The notes under the pieces: generated by a model | Seen by the model: only the letters and a program-made list of their open reading frames with translations | Told to the model about the DNA's origin: nothing | Databases searched by the model: none | Shown here: positions 20,083 to 30,317 of the stretch, in pieces | Layout: each line of letters begins with the position of its first letter | How positions within the stretch are numbered: the stretch's first letter is position 1 | Made by a program: the position numbers and the translations under genes | Source: Candidatus Binatia bacterium | GTDB taxonomy: Bacteria > Desulfobacterota > Binatia > HRBIN30 | NCBI GenBank assembly: GCA_038245295.1 | Contig: JBBRSP010000025.1 | Coordinates: forward strand, 1 to 64,000 | Direction of reading: 5' to 3' | Length of the DNA stretch: 64,000 bases

Positions 20083-20688
20083 CTATTTCGCCTGCGCCGC
20101 CACCGCGGCCGGCCGGCCCATGCAGCGACCGACGTAGGCCTGCAGGGTCGGGAAGTCGGCAAGCAGGCCCATGAACGAGGCCCAGCCGAGAGTCGATGCG
20201 ACCATGACGTCGGCGGCGCTGAACGTGTTGCCGACGAGGAAGTCTTTGCCCTCGAGCGCCGCGCTCAACACCTTGCCGATTGTTTCAAAGTCTTTTTTCG
20301 CCGCGGTTACTTTCTCCGGTGAGCGTTGGTCTTCGGGTAACATCACGGTGTTGAGGAAAACCTGGAGGACAGGCGGCTCGAGGGTGGCCATCGTGTAGAC
20401 GATCCACTGATAGTACTGGCCGCGCTCGGGTGTGCCGACCTTCGGGGCAAGACCCTTCTCAGGGTATTTGTCGGCCAGGTACAGGCAGATCGCCGCCGAC
20501 TCCATCAGCTTGAGATCGCCGTCGACCAGAGCCGGTACGACGCCGTGCGGATGGATCTTCAAGTACTCCGGCGTCTTGTTCTCCTTGGCCGCCGTGTTGA
20601 CCTTCTCGACCTCGTACGGAACTCCCAATTCTTCGAGCAGCCACAACGGACGTCCCGAGCGCGACTGCGGTGAATGATACAGCTTCAT
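20083..20688 (-). CDS. Glutathione S-transferase family protein
   Basis: MKLYHSPQSRS, PHGVVPAL, ESAAI and FSAAD motifs; AAGGAGG RBS. Confidence 0.93.
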   Translation of the reverse strand: MKLYHSPQSRSGRPLWLLEELGVPYEVEKVNTAAKENKTPEYLKIHPHGVVPALVDGDLKLMESAAICLYLADKYPEKGLAPKVGTPERGQYYQWIVYTMATLEPPVLQVFLNTVMLPEDQRSPEKVTAAKKDFETIGKVLSAALEGKDFLVGNTFSAADVMVASTLGWASFMGLLADFPTLQAYVGRCMGRPAAVAAQAK

Positions 20689-20799
20689 CTTCGCCTCCTT
20701 CATTGAATTAGTTGTTCGAGGCATGCTGATCGTCTGCATCGTCGCAGTCTAGAGGGGGCGAGGATATTGGTTTCATTTCGCGGTCAACCGTCGTCGCCA

Positions 20800-20869
20800 C
20801 CGCAAGCTAGAGCTGCGCCTGCCATTTCGCTGCGTGGCGGATCGGTAGGCGCAAGCTTCAGCTTGCGGG
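20800..20869. repeat. GTAG-type REP doublet (degenerate)
   Basis: CCGCAAGCTAGAGCTGCGCCTGCC ... GTAGGCGCAAGCTTCAGCTTGCGG. Confidence 0.65.
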
Positions 20870-20898
20870 GTCTAAACGTCCCGACTGCAGGTTGCCAG

Positions 20899-21393
20899 CT
20901 ACAGCCGCGCCAACTGCTTCGCCGTCATTAGCCAGCGTAAGATCGCGCCGGATCGGGGCGGAAAGCCGCTGACGCGCAGCGCCGCAACGGAAGCTTTCTT
21001 GAACTCGACGGGTGCCAGACCGGGCGAGCTGGTCAGAAGATAAGATATAAGCTCGCTGAGATCGGGTTCATGGCCGACGAGCAGGACTCGGCTCGCCGAG
21101 GCCGCACAGTGCAAGGCTCGCACAGTCGCCGGGGCGGCCCCACCGGCGGCAAGCTCCGGCAGTTCTTCGAGGGTGCACTCGGGAAATGCGTGCGCCACGA
21201 TGCTCGCTGTTTCGACGCTACGCACCAGCGGGCTCGTAAAGATCACGCCGGGTGCAACGCCGAGACGGCTGAGTCCGCGCGCCACCTGAGCCGTGCGTCG
21301 GCGACCGCGATCGGTGAGGCGCCGGTCGGCGTCTCTGCCACTCGGCGCCGCTTCTTCGGCCATTCCGTGCCGCATGATGTAGAGGATCGACAT
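20899..21393 (-). CDS. sixA: Phosphohistidine phosphatase SixA
   Basis: LYIMRHG, DADRRLT, TSPLVRSVETA and LVGHEPDL motifs. Confidence 0.9.
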   Translation of the reverse strand: MSILYIMRHGMAEEAAPSGRDADRRLTDRGRRRTAQVARGLSRLGVAPGVIFTSPLVRSVETASIVAHAFPECTLEELPELAAGGAAPATVRALHCAASASRVLLVGHEPDLSELISYLLTSSPGLAPVEFKKASVAALRVSGFPPRSGAILRWLMTAKQLARL

Positions 21394-21485
21394 AGTCCTT
21401 CCTTACACCCGAGTGGCGGAGACACAAATGCGTTCAATCGATCGCGAACCCTGGCGTGGGTGATGCCGAGCGCCACGCTCGGGTG

Positions 21486-22388
21486 TCAGTGCAGCTTGGA
21501 TCGGACCGCCTCGAGGCGCTTCGCAACCATCGGCGCACACAGCCGGCGAGCCGCCCTGGCCGCCCGCCGCGTCTGCAGCTTCGCATCGGCTTCCAGCGTT
21601 TTCTCGATCTTCGCCAGCCGTGCCGCAGGCAGCGTACCCAGACGTTTCCACTGCTGCGCCCACTCGAGGCTCACTGCGGCGTCATGGAACTCCCCCAACC
21701 GCTTCTGCGCCTCGGTAAAGTCCTCCAGCAAGCGCGTTCCCGACTTCCCTGCGTTCGGGGCAACGAGCTCGAGGAGGTAGCGTAGTTGTTTGATCTTGAG
21801 ACGAACCGGGTGCAGCGCCTCGCTATCGTCGACGCCTTTGTCGATCGCTGCCCTCAGCCGATCATACTGTTTACCCAAGGCTTTGCGCGCTTGTTTAAAC
21901 GCGGAGCGGCCAGCCGCCGGGTGTTTGCCCGCGGCAATCGCCGTTAGCGAAGACAGTAGGCCCCGATATCGCGCCGAGTCCAACATCGATTGCGCCTGTC
22001 TCAACGCGTCGTGGCGACGCTCCTGCTGAGCACGCCGCAGCGCCTCGAACGCCGGTTTTGGCAATGCCTTCTCCAGCAACCCTGGAAGACGCTCCAACTG
22101 AACATCGATGTCGCGCAGCGGCCCCATGCCACGCCCGAGCCAGCGCAGCGCACGACCTAGCCGTTTGGCATCAAGCGCGTCGACGCCACCGCCGAACACC
22201 CGGAGCCCGGAACGCAGTCGTCGTGTCGCCACACGAATCTGATGCGCCCCTTCCGGGTCGCTGTCGGCGCGTGCGGTCGCCTCGGCCAGGCGCAGGCGTG
22301 CCAGCACCGGTGCGACAACCTTGCGCAGAGCGTCGGCACGGGTGTCGCGATTCGACAGCACCTCGGCGCTCTGCGTTGGCTGGGTCAT
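21486..22388 (-). CDS. CHAD domain polyphosphate-binding protein
   Basis: HQIRVATRRLRS, RDIDV, LHPVRLKIKQLRYLLE and LGEFHD motifs. Confidence 0.9.
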   Translation of the reverse strand: MTQPTQSAEVLSNRDTRADALRKVVAPVLARLRLAEATARADSDPEGAHQIRVATRRLRSGLRVFGGGVDALDAKRLGRALRWLGRGMGPLRDIDVQLERLPGLLEKALPKPAFEALRRAQQERRHDALRQAQSMLDSARYRGLLSSLTAIAAGKHPAAGRSAFKQARKALGKQYDRLRAAIDKGVDDSEALHPVRLKIKQLRYLLELVAPNAGKSGTRLLEDFTEAQKRLGEFHDAAVSLEWAQQWKRLGTLPAARLAKIEKTLEADAKLQTRRAARAARRLCAPMVAKRLEAVRSKLH

Positions 22389-23089
22389 TCGGGTTTCGGC
22401 TGTTGCAGGTACTCGGCGATGTGGCGCCGCAACTCGTTCTGGATCTTGTCGATCGAACGCCGTGCATCGACGGTGACGAAGCCGAAGTCGGTCGACAATT
22501 GGTTGTACTCACGAATCAAACGTGTCTGGTAGCGGCGGAAACTCTCGAAGATGTCGCTGCCCAGGGCGAGGTGCATCCCCGACTCCCAATAGTCCATGCC
22601 CTTGCCCTCGAGCACGCGCGGGATCAGGTTTTTCAGGTCAATCTTGAGATACAACACGAGATCAGGCACCAGCGCCGTACCGAACAGGTCGTAGGTCCAT
22701 TGGCGCCCGGCGCCCATGACGGCGTTGCGGGCAAACGCCGTATACATGTAACGATCGGCGAGAACGATGAACCCGGCACGCAGCGCGGGAATGATCTCGT
22801 TCTCGAGACGATCGGCGAAGTCAGCGGCGTAGAGCAGACTGAAGGTCGTCACCGTCAACTGGTGGCCGGCTTTTGCCTCGTTGATCGTTTCCTCGAGCAG
22901 CGGCGAACGTGTCCAGCCCGTGCTGGTAACGGCATGCCCCTGCACTTCGAGCCACGACTTCAGCAGCTCGATCTGCGTGCTGCGACCGACCCCGTCGGTA
23001 CCCTCGACGACAATCAAGCTGCCGCGCAGCGGCCCAACCTTCAGATAAGGCAGGCCGTAGCCGAAGAATTTCTTGTCCTGGTCATGCAT
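22385..23089 (-). CDS. Thymidylate-kinase-like protein 2 (variant P-loop)
   Basis: LIVVEGTDGVGRST, LADRY and PDLVLYL motifs; overlaps both neighbours. Confidence 0.88.
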   Translation of the reverse strand: MHDQDKKFFGYGLPYLKVGPLRGSLIVVEGTDGVGRSTQIELLKSWLEVQGHAVTSTGWTRSPLLEETINEAKAGHQLTVTTFSLLYAADFADRLENEIIPALRAGFIVLADRYMYTAFARNAVMGAGRQWTYDLFGTALVPDLVLYLKIDLKNLIPRVLEGKGMDYWESGMHLALGSDIFESFRRYQTRLIREYNQLSTDFGFVTVDARRSIDKIQNELRRHIAEYLQQPKPE

Positions 23090-23789
23090 CGTCTTTGCCC
23101 TTACGCCGGCTCGGCAGATCGCGACGGCCCGTGTAATTCTTGAGAACCTGGCTCGCCAAATGGCGCACGACTTGCTGCTGCGCGTTGATCGAGCCGGTGG
23201 CGTCGACCGCTTGCAGAGCGAACTCATCAACACACTCGTCGTAGCGGCTCAGCACCTGGCCCTGAAACTTGCGGAAACTCTCGATCGGATCCGTGCTCAG
23301 GCGAAGATCCATTCCCGCTTCGTGGTACTTGAGTTTGGCGCGGCCGATCAGCAAGCGATCGAGCGCCGTCTCGAGCGGCAGGCGGAAGTACATGGCGAGG
23401 TCGGGCTTTGGCGCGAAGCCGTAGACGGCGCGCACCCAATCGGGATGGACACCGCGCGCCACGTCGCGACTGAATGCCGTGTAGACGTAGCGATCGGCAA
23501 GAACGATCATCCCCGCGCGCAGCGGCGGCTCGATCATGTAGGTCAGGCGGTCGGCAAAATCGACGGCGTGCAGCAAGCAGAAGGTCGACGGCGTCAGGAG
23601 ATCTTTCTTCTTGCCGCGTTTCATGGACCGTCGCACCAGGGCCGACGAGTTCCACTCGGTGAAGAAGACACGATACCCCTGCGACACCAGATAGCGGTGC
23701 AACAATGCCAGCTGGGTCGACTTTCCGGAGCCGTCGATGCCTTCGACGACGATCAGTTTACCGGGATACGGATGCGGCTCTTTCAGCAT
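23082..23789 (-). CDS. Thymidylate-kinase-like protein 1
   Basis: LIVVEGIDGSGKST, LADRY and PKPDL motifs. Confidence 0.88.
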   Translation of the reverse strand: MLKEPHPYPGKLIVVEGIDGSGKSTQLALLHRYLVSQGYRVFFTEWNSSALVRRSMKRGKKKDLLTPSTFCLLHAVDFADRLTYMIEPPLRAGMIVLADRYVYTAFSRDVARGVHPDWVRAVYGFAPKPDLAMYFRLPLETALDRLLIGRAKLKYHEAGMDLRLSTDPIESFRKFQGQVLSRYDECVDEFALQAVDATGSINAQQQVVRHLASQVLKNYTGRRDLPSRRKGKDDA

Positions 23790-25338
23790 GACGTCCTTCT
23801 ACCTTCGCGATTTCGAACTCGATCTTCGTATCGAGCAGCTCTTCCAGGAGACCGGCACGCCGCCGCGCCTCCCACATCTCCAACTCGGCAGCGTCGCCAT
23901 CGGTGTTCAAGCGCAAGACGAGGGCCTTATCCGAGTGGATGACGCTGATGTCATTGACCACACCGTAGTGAGACCGATCAAGACCATCGGCGACTCGCAG
24001 CAGCGCGCTGAGAGCTCGCACCGTGCGTCGTCCGGGCTTTGACAAGGCGGAATACCCCGGATCGCCGTCGCGTGGCACACCCTTACGGTGGTAGCGCGCC
24101 ACCAGGCCGATCATTTCGATCTCCTCGCGTTGGAAACCGAGCAGCTCACCGTTGGTGATCAGGTAGTACGAATGGCGCTGGTGATCGCTGTGGCTGATGT
24201 GGTGCCCGACATCGTGCATCAACGCGGCGTATTCCAACAGCTCGGCCGATTCCGGGAAGAGCCCGAGGAAATCGTGCAGCTGGCCAAACAGCACCAAGGC
24301 CAGACGAGCAACGTGCGCCCCGTGTGGCCCGGTCTCACCCAGGTGCCGCGCCAATCGCACCACGCTGCGGCGGCGTGGATCCTCAAACCTGTCCGCCTCG
24401 TCGATGCTGCTGCCGTGGCGCGCCACGAAGTCCAGCAACACGCCCTCGCGCAACGCCCAGGTGCAGGCCACCATCCGTTTGGCCCCGGTCGTGCGCAGGA
24501 CGTACTCGGCCAGACACACACCGGGCACGACGAAGTCGACACGCTTCGTATCCATGCCTTTGACACGCCCGCGTTCTTCACGATCGGCTTTGATGATCGT
24601 ACGCCGCACCCGCGCGATGTCTTCGTCGGCGACGGTGTAGTTGTTCAGGGAGCCCTCTGGGCGATCGGCACGCAGGTAGCCGGCGATCGAAACGATGTTC
24701 AGCAACGTGCCCGAGGTGACGACGATGCGCTGCACATTACGCGTCTTGGCAGTCTCCAGAATGGTCTTGAGCTGCGTCGCGAAGACGCCTTCCAGTTCCT
24801 CCAGAGCACGCGCCGTCGGACGGTCGGCGTCGACATACTTCTCACTGAGGCGCGAAACGCCGAGCTTGAAGCTTTCCAACGCCACGGCACGATCACCATC
24901 ATTGACGATCATCTCGACGCTGCCGCCGCCGGCATCGACGATCAGCGTCGGCTCGGTGCGCAGATCGATGGCGTGGCGCACGCCGAGATGGATGAAACGC
25001 GCCTCTTCGCGGCCGGGGATGACTTTCACGCGCAGACCGACTTCATCCTTGATGCGCTGAACGAAGTCACCACCGTTGCGCGCTTCACGCACGGCACTGG
25101 TTGCCACCGCCACCGTGCGCTGAACGCCGTGACGTTCGGCCAGCTTCTTGAATGTCGAGAGAGTCTGCACGCCGAGGTTCATGGCGTCGGCGGACAGACG
25201 GCCGTTGAGGAGAGAGCGCTGCCCTAGACGAACCATCTCTTTGGCTCGGTCGAGAACCCGCAAGCGGCCGTCGCGCTCCACCTGCGCCACAACCAGGTGA
25301 ATCGAGTTGCTGCCAATGTCGATGGCTGCGGCGCGCAT
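23758..25338 (-). CDS. ppx: Exopolyphosphatase Ppx/GppA with HD domain
   Basis: AAIDIGSNS, ATSAVREARN, EEAR, DAGGGSVE, LREG and HDVG motifs. Confidence 0.93.
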   Translation of the reverse strand: MRAAAIDIGSNSIHLVVAQVERDGRLRVLDRAKEMVRLGQRSLLNGRLSADAMNLGVQTLSTFKKLAERHGVQRTVAVATSAVREARNGGDFVQRIKDEVGLRVKVIPGREEARFIHLGVRHAIDLRTEPTLIVDAGGGSVEMIVNDGDRAVALESFKLGVSRLSEKYVDADRPTARALEELEGVFATQLKTILETAKTRNVQRIVVTSGTLLNIVSIAGYLRADRPEGSLNNYTVADEDIARVRRTIIKADREERGRVKGMDTKRVDFVVPGVCLAEYVLRTTGAKRMVACTWALREGVLLDFVARHGSSIDEADRFEDPRRRSVVRLARHLGETGPHGAHVARLALVLFGQLHDFLGLFPESAELLEYAALMHDVGHHISHSDHQRHSYYLITNGELLGFQREEIEMIGLVARYHRKGVPRDGDPGYSALSKPGRRTVRALSALLRVADGLDRSHYGVVNDISVIHSDKALVLRLNTDGDAAELEMWEARRRAGLLEELLDTKIEFEIAKVEGRHAERAASVSR

Positions 25339-25392
25339 CGTCGGGATATCGCGGAGGCGTCGCTCTGGGTCAAGCGAGTGCCTCGGCGGTCG

Positions 25393-26229
25393 CTACTCGG
25401 CTGCGACGCGAACTCGACATGTAACGCCGTTCACCGGTTGGCCTTGCAGATCGGTCGCCTGGGCGACTGTACAAGGGAAGCTCTCACTTACCGGAGGCAT
25501 CGTGCCCGACTGACAATCAAACTTCACTTCCTCAAAGTCGGCCGCCGGAATCGACGTCGTGCCGCCGTCGTAGCTTGTCTCCAACTTCGCATCGGCCGGA
25601 TTCGCGTCGTCGTCATTGAGCTGGAGAAATCCGTTGACTCCGGTCAGGTCGGTGACACGATCATACACGCTGGAATCAGCGCCGGTTCCAGGAATCGAAA
25701 CGGTGGTCGGATAGCCGAGATTCAGGCTCAAGGTGCCGACCTCGGGGACAGCGCTGACATTGTAGGCCAGCGTCACCGTCACCTTAAGGTTGATACACGC
25801 CGCCGGTGGCGTCGGTGTCGCTGTCGGGACAGGTGTCGAGGTTCGCGTCGGCGTCGGTGTGAATCGAGCGCCGCATGTCGACAAATCAAAGAGACATCCG
25901 ATCGAGCAATTCGGATTTTGGCCAACGTATCCGAGCGAGGCGCACGTCTCGCCGTTCAGGTTGCGGGTGTCGCAGTCTTCGTGGGGATTGCCCGTCGAAT
26001 TGACATAGGTGTCACCGCAGGTGGCCCTCACACAGGTGCTCAGGCAATCGTCGTTGTCCAGCAAGTTGCCATCGTCGCATTGTTCGCCGGCGTCGAGGTG
26101 TCCATTGCCACACTTTGCAAAATCCGGACTGGAAGCAGCGTCGCTGCACCCGGCCAGCAGGAGCGCCAGGGACGCCGCGGCAAAAAGACGTGGGACCAAA
26201 GCGGCGACCGTGTGGGCATAACTCGACAT
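25393..26229 (-). CDS. Lipoprotein with Myxococcus-type Cys-rich repeats and shared C-terminal beta domain
   Basis: Lipobox LAGC; CGNGHLDAGEQCDDGN; T/P linker; C-terminus YP...IPGTG...FDC...FPCTV...GVTCRV. Confidence 0.8.
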   Translation of the reverse strand: MSSYAHTVAALVPRLFAAASLALLLAGCSDAASSPDFAKCGNGHLDAGEQCDDGNLLDNDDCLSTCVRATCGDTYVNSTGNPHEDCDTRNLNGETCASLGYVGQNPNCSIGCLFDLSTCGARFTPTPTRTSTPVPTATPTPPAACINLKVTVTLAYNVSAVPEVGTLSLNLGYPTTVSIPGTGADSSVYDRVTDLTGVNGFLQLNDDDANPADAKLETSYDGGTTSIPAADFEEVKFDCQSGTMPPVSESFPCTVAQATDLQGQPVNGVTCRVRVAAE

Positions 26230-26255
26230 GTCGGCATAGCTCCTTGTCTATCGGC

Positions 26256-27257
26256 TCAGAGAATCGCCACCGAACAGGTGACGCCTTCAATCGGTTGAAA
26301 GTTCGTGCCCGAGGCTTCTTTGACGCTGCAGACAAACTCGGATGGCGACGGAGAAGCAGCGTTCAAACAGGCATCAAACTTCACATCAAAGACCTTGCCC
26401 ACCGTAAGCGCGCGATTGCCGGCGATGCCGACGCTGAGCGCGTAGTCGAAGTCGAATGACCCAGCCAGGAACCCGCTTGGCGTGTTGACAACCGATGTCG
26501 CAACCGATTCGGCGTCGCCGGTGCCGGGAATCTGCACCGTGCCATCGGGATACTCCAGGACGATCGTCATCGAGGCGATTGTCTTCCCGGCCGGAGGTGT
26601 AAACGACACGCTCACGGTTCGCTTTGTTCCGGATGGTGTGCAGGTGATTATCGTGCAATCGCTCGGACACGTGTCACTCGGCGGGTTGCTTACCGTGTTG
26701 CCGTCATCGCAGGTTTCGCCGGCTCCGATGATGCGGTCGCCGCAAACCGCCGAGCTCACCGTCGTGGCAGTGCGCGTGGCCGTTGCCGTGGGTGGCACCA
26801 GCATGGTGGTCGGTGTCGCGGTGGGAACATCAGTTGCCGTGCGGGTGGCGGTTGCCGTCGCCGGCTCTGTCGTGGATGTCGGCGTCAACGTCGGTGTCGC
26901 GGTGGCGACCACTTCGACGGTCGGCGTATCACTCGGGACAACTTCCGGTGTGTTCGTCGGTGTGGGCGCTTGCGTCGGTGTTTCCGTCCGGATCACGGCA
27001 GGACAGCCATTGAGGGCATTGTTTACGCCGGCGATGAGCTCATCGATCGTCACCTCGCCGCTTTGGTCGTTGTCGAAGACCACACATGCATTCACGCCGA
27101 TGCTGCCGAGGGCGATGTTCACACCGAGGATCAGCTCGTCGACCGTAACCTCACCGTCTCCGCCGCAGTCGCCAATGCAGGCGCCACGCGCCGGCGCCGA
27201 GGTGGTTGTGAGCACGGCGGCGGCAAACAGAACGGACAGCAGAAGTGAACGATTCAT
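26256..27257 (-). CDS. Secreted protein: dockerin-like module, T/P linker, Cys-rich repeat, shared C-terminal beta domain
   Basis: CIGDCGGDGEVTVDEL; CGDRIIGAGETCDDGN; YPDGTVQIPGTG...FDAC...FVCSV...GVTCSV. Confidence 0.8.
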   Translation of the reverse strand: MNRSLLLSVLFAAAVLTTTSAPARGACIGDCGGDGEVTVDELILGVNIALGSIGVNACVVFDNDQSGEVTIDELIAGVNNALNGCPAVIRTETPTQAPTPTNTPEVVPSDTPTVEVVATATPTLTPTSTTEPATATATRTATDVPTATPTTMLVPPTATATRTATTVSSAVCGDRIIGAGETCDDGNTVSNPPSDTCPSDCTIITCTPSGTKRTVSVSFTPPAGKTIASMTIVLEYPDGTVQIPGTGDAESVATSVVNTPSGFLAGSFDFDYALSVGIAGNRALTVGKVFDVKFDACLNAASPSPSEFVCSVKEASGTNFQPIEGVTCSVAIL

Positions 27258-27270
27258 GGGAGCTCCTTGC

Positions 27271-30135
27271 CTATTGGTAGGTGTACGAGACGCCCAGCGC
27301 GAAGCGGACTCCCGTGCGGTAGCGGCGCTGCAGGTTGTCGCCTTGGGAAAACAGGTAGTTGTCGTTGAGCAGGTTCTCGATGCCGAGCTTCAGATTGAAT
27401 GGCGTGCCAAATTCTTCGATTTTGCGCGTCAGGACGAAATCCAACTGATCGCGGCGCTCTTCGTAGATATCAGGGAGGCCGCTGGCGCCGACCTTGTCGA
27501 TGCGCCGTTCCGCCGTGTTGTAGAGCAAACGTGCCGTACCGAGCTGCTTGGTCGTGTACTCCAGACCGGCGTTGACGACGAACGGCGCCTGGCCCTGCAA
27601 CGCGCGCTTCGTCTCGGTCTGTTGCTGGGCGACACCGAGCGGCACGTTGACGGTGGAGTCGACGTACGAAACGTTGGTCGACAAGCTGAGTCCGTCGAGC
27701 GACGGAGACAGGAAGTCCAAGCCCTTGCGACCTTCGAACTCGAACCCGAGCAAGTCTCCGTTGTCGGCGTTGCTGAAGGAGTCGATCAGGCTGGAGCCGT
27801 TTTGCACCACGGTTTGCTCGATCGGCTTGTCGAGGTGCTTCTGGAACAAGCTGAATGATACGATGTCGCTGCCCGAAAGAAACCATTCCCACCGCAGGTC
27901 GAGACTGCGGATCTGAGCCTGCACCAGATCCGGATTGCCTTGCTTCGGACGCAGACCACGCGCCTCGGGGTACAACACCGGCGACAACTCGCGGAACTCC
28001 GGTCGAGCGACCGCCTCACTGTACCCAAAACGAACATTCATGTCCTCGCGCGGGCTGTACACGAGGTTGATGCCCGGCAGCGCATCCAGGGTATTCTTCT
28101 TGGGGAAGTAGGGGCGTCCGCTCTGATCCGTCGTGTTCAGCGCGATATACGAATATTCGGTGCGTACCCCGGCATTCAGGCGCACGGCGTGTTCGCGCTG
28201 CCCCTGGTCGTTGCGAATTCCGGGGAAGAGCGGGAGATCGAACTGCCCATAACCGGCGGCAATCTCATGAGTGGCCTTGAAGGTTTCGCCGGGCAGCGTC
28301 TCTTCCTTGAAGTCGATGCCACGGCCAAAGCCGATGTTCTCCGGTGCGAGGATCTGTTCCGTCGGTTCCAAAAGAAGCCCCGGCGGAATGAACTCGGTGT
28401 GGCTGAGCTGGTACTGGAAGCGGCGCAGTGAAAAGTCGCGGTCGCGATAGGCGAACGACGGGCCGAACTTGAACTTCGCCAACATTCCGTCCCACAACTC
28501 GGTGTACGGCATCGTGACCTTGAAGGGCACGGTGAAATCAACAGCGGAATCGGTGAGTGTCTCGTTCAGATTGGCATAGAACCGTGTGCCTCCGGAGCCA
28601 TCGTTCGAGTACGATCCGTAAGGCGTTTGATCGATCGATTCACGCGTGATGATGCGCGTGTCCGGCTGATCGCTGGTGGTCTCCGAGAACGCCGTGCGCC
28701 AACTCACATCGACCAGCGAGAAGTGATGGTCGCCGGCGAGCTGCCCGAAGGCGAGAAGATCTTCCTTAAACGTTAGCTTGGTTGTTTGGCGTAATCCCGT
28801 CGAGTTCGAACACGCTCCGTTGCCGCATGTTCCGGTGCCGACGGCGACCTCGTCGGTGCTGTTACGGTTGACGAAGCTGCGCAGGGCGAATTTGTGGTCG
28901 TCGGAGAGGTGGTAGGCCGACGTCAGCACTCCACCGAGACGCGTCTCGAAGGTGTCGAAGTCGTAGGCGAAGTCGTCGTTCTTGAGGATCTCGCCCTGCC
29001 CACTCGTGTTGGCGTTGATGAACTGTCGCTCGAGTTGATGATTCCTGGTCTTGTAATTCGTGCCGTAGATCCCAGACAGCGACGCACCGATTGGGCCCCA
29101 TTGATTGCCCGCCGAGAAGTTGATGCCGATCCCCGGCACCGCCGACTGCGTGCTTGGCGTCCAGATATCTTTCAGGGATTGTCCATATGCCTGGCGCTGT
29201 GCCGGCGCACCGGCCTGAAGACGATCGGGAAAATTGCTCGGCAGGGCACGCGACGCGGCGCCGAAGCCGAAATACTCCTCGGTGCCTCCCGCGTGGTACG
29301 TCCGGAAGGTCTTGAAGGTGGTTTGCGGGTTGTACTCGGTGTTGAGGCCGATGTTCAACATCGGGCTGTCGGGGTGATCGCGCAGACTGATGCTGGCAAG
29401 ACCGCCCGAGAAATCTCCCGGCAGATCCGGGCTGTAACTTTTCAGGAGCGAAATGGATTCGATGAAGCTGGCTGGAAAGAGGTCGAGCGGCACGACGCGG
29501 CGTTCCGGGTCCGTACTCGGCAACCGGCTGCCGTTCAGCAAGGCGCTGGTGTAGCGCTCGTTGAGACCACGCACGACGATGAACTTCGAATCTTTGACGG
29601 TAACCGCAGGGACGCGAGCCATCACGTCACCGGCGGTCGAGCCGGTGGATTTCTTGATTGTTTCGGCGCTGATGTTGTCGCTGACGACGGCGGCGCTCTT
29701 GCGCTGAATCATCTGCGTCGCCTCGGCAGCCTTGTCGGCCTGCGCAACAACTTCGACGACCTGCATCGCCCCTTGTCCTTGCGGGGCCAGGGCGGTGTCG
29801 GTCGTGGCTGTCTGCGCCGATTGCACGACAACGTTCTGGATTCGGGTTCCTTGATAGAGCGGAGCGAAGAAGCGCACCTCGTAGCGACCCGGCGGCAAGC
29901 TCACTTTAAACTTGCCGTCGAGGTCGGTGCGGATCTTCTTGCCGGTACCGATCACCTCGACACCCGCATCGATGATCGGTTCGCCGCTCGCTTTATCGAT
30001 GACCTTGCCGCCAATCGCGCCCGGCGCTGCTGCGGCCGTGTCGGGTGTCTGGGCCGAGGTGATGCCCCGCCAGCCAATGATGGTCACACAAACTAGAGCG
30101 ACGATCATCGCTGCGCTCGCCCGATTGATTCTCAT
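27271..30135 (-). CDS. TonB-dependent receptor with N-terminal carboxypeptidase-regulatory-like domain
   Basis: Plug motif VRGLNERY...PLDLFP; barrel GNPDL and ENLLN; aromatic C-terminus GVSYTYQ; signal peptide after ATG 30135. Confidence 0.92.
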   Translation of the reverse strand: MRINRASAAMIVALVCVTIIGWRGITSAQTPDTAAAAPGAIGGKVIDKASGEPIIDAGVEVIGTGKKIRTDLDGKFKVSLPPGRYEVRFFAPLYQGTRIQNVVVQSAQTATTDTALAPQGQGAMQVVEVVAQADKAAEATQMIQRKSAAVVSDNISAETIKKSTGSTAGDVMARVPAVTVKDSKFIVVRGLNERYTSALLNGSRLPSTDPERRVVPLDLFPASFIESISLLKSYSPDLPGDFSGGLASISLRDHPDSPMLNIGLNTEYNPQTTFKTFRTYHAGGTEEYFGFGAASRALPSNFPDRLQAGAPAQRQAYGQSLKDIWTPSTQSAVPGIGINFSAGNQWGPIGASLSGIYGTNYKTRNHQLERQFINANTSGQGEILKNDDFAYDFDTFETRLGGVLTSAYHLSDDHKFALRSFVNRNSTDEVAVGTGTCGNGACSNSTGLRQTTKLTFKEDLLAFGQLAGDHHFSLVDVSWRTAFSETTSDQPDTRIITRESIDQTPYGSYSNDGSGGTRFYANLNETLTDSAVDFTVPFKVTMPYTELWDGMLAKFKFGPSFAYRDRDFSLRRFQYQLSHTEFIPPGLLLEPTEQILAPENIGFGRGIDFKEETLPGETFKATHEIAAGYGQFDLPLFPGIRNDQGQREHAVRLNAGVRTEYSYIALNTTDQSGRPYFPKKNTLDALPGINLVYSPREDMNVRFGYSEAVARPEFRELSPVLYPEARGLRPKQGNPDLVQAQIRSLDLRWEWFLSGSDIVSFSLFQKHLDKPIEQTVVQNGSSLIDSFSNADNGDLLGFEFEGRKGLDFLSPSLDGLSLSTNVSYVDSTVNVPLGVAQQQTETKRALQGQAPFVVNAGLEYTTKQLGTARLLYNTAERRIDKVGASGLPDIYEERRDQLDFVLTRKIEEFGTPFNLKLGIENLLNDNYLFSQGDNLQRRYRTGVRFALGVSYTYQ

Positions 30136-30221
30136 GCACCACTTCCTCATTTTCGAAACTGCCCAAGCGGGCACCGCCGTCAGCATCGGTCGTCCGACGC
30201 CGAGATCAATACCGATGGGGC

Positions 30222-30261
30222 GTGCGGATTCGGTTACGGCGACGTTAACATTCGATGACAG
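30222..30261 (-). promoter_or_regulatory. Pho-box-like tandem repeats upstream of the TonB receptor
   Basis: Minus strand CTGTCAT-CGAA-TGTTAAC-GTCG-CCGTAAC-CGAA-TCCGCAC, 11-bp period. Confidence 0.55.
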
Positions 30262-30317
30262 CGCCCATGCCTCTATTGAGGGATCGTGCCGCGATACGTA
30301 ACCGCGGCCGATGACAC

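Noticed and set aside
22385..23789. Calling the kinase pair tmk
   Set aside because: They lack the REPGG motif, one has an altered P-loop, and the context is polyphosphate metabolism.
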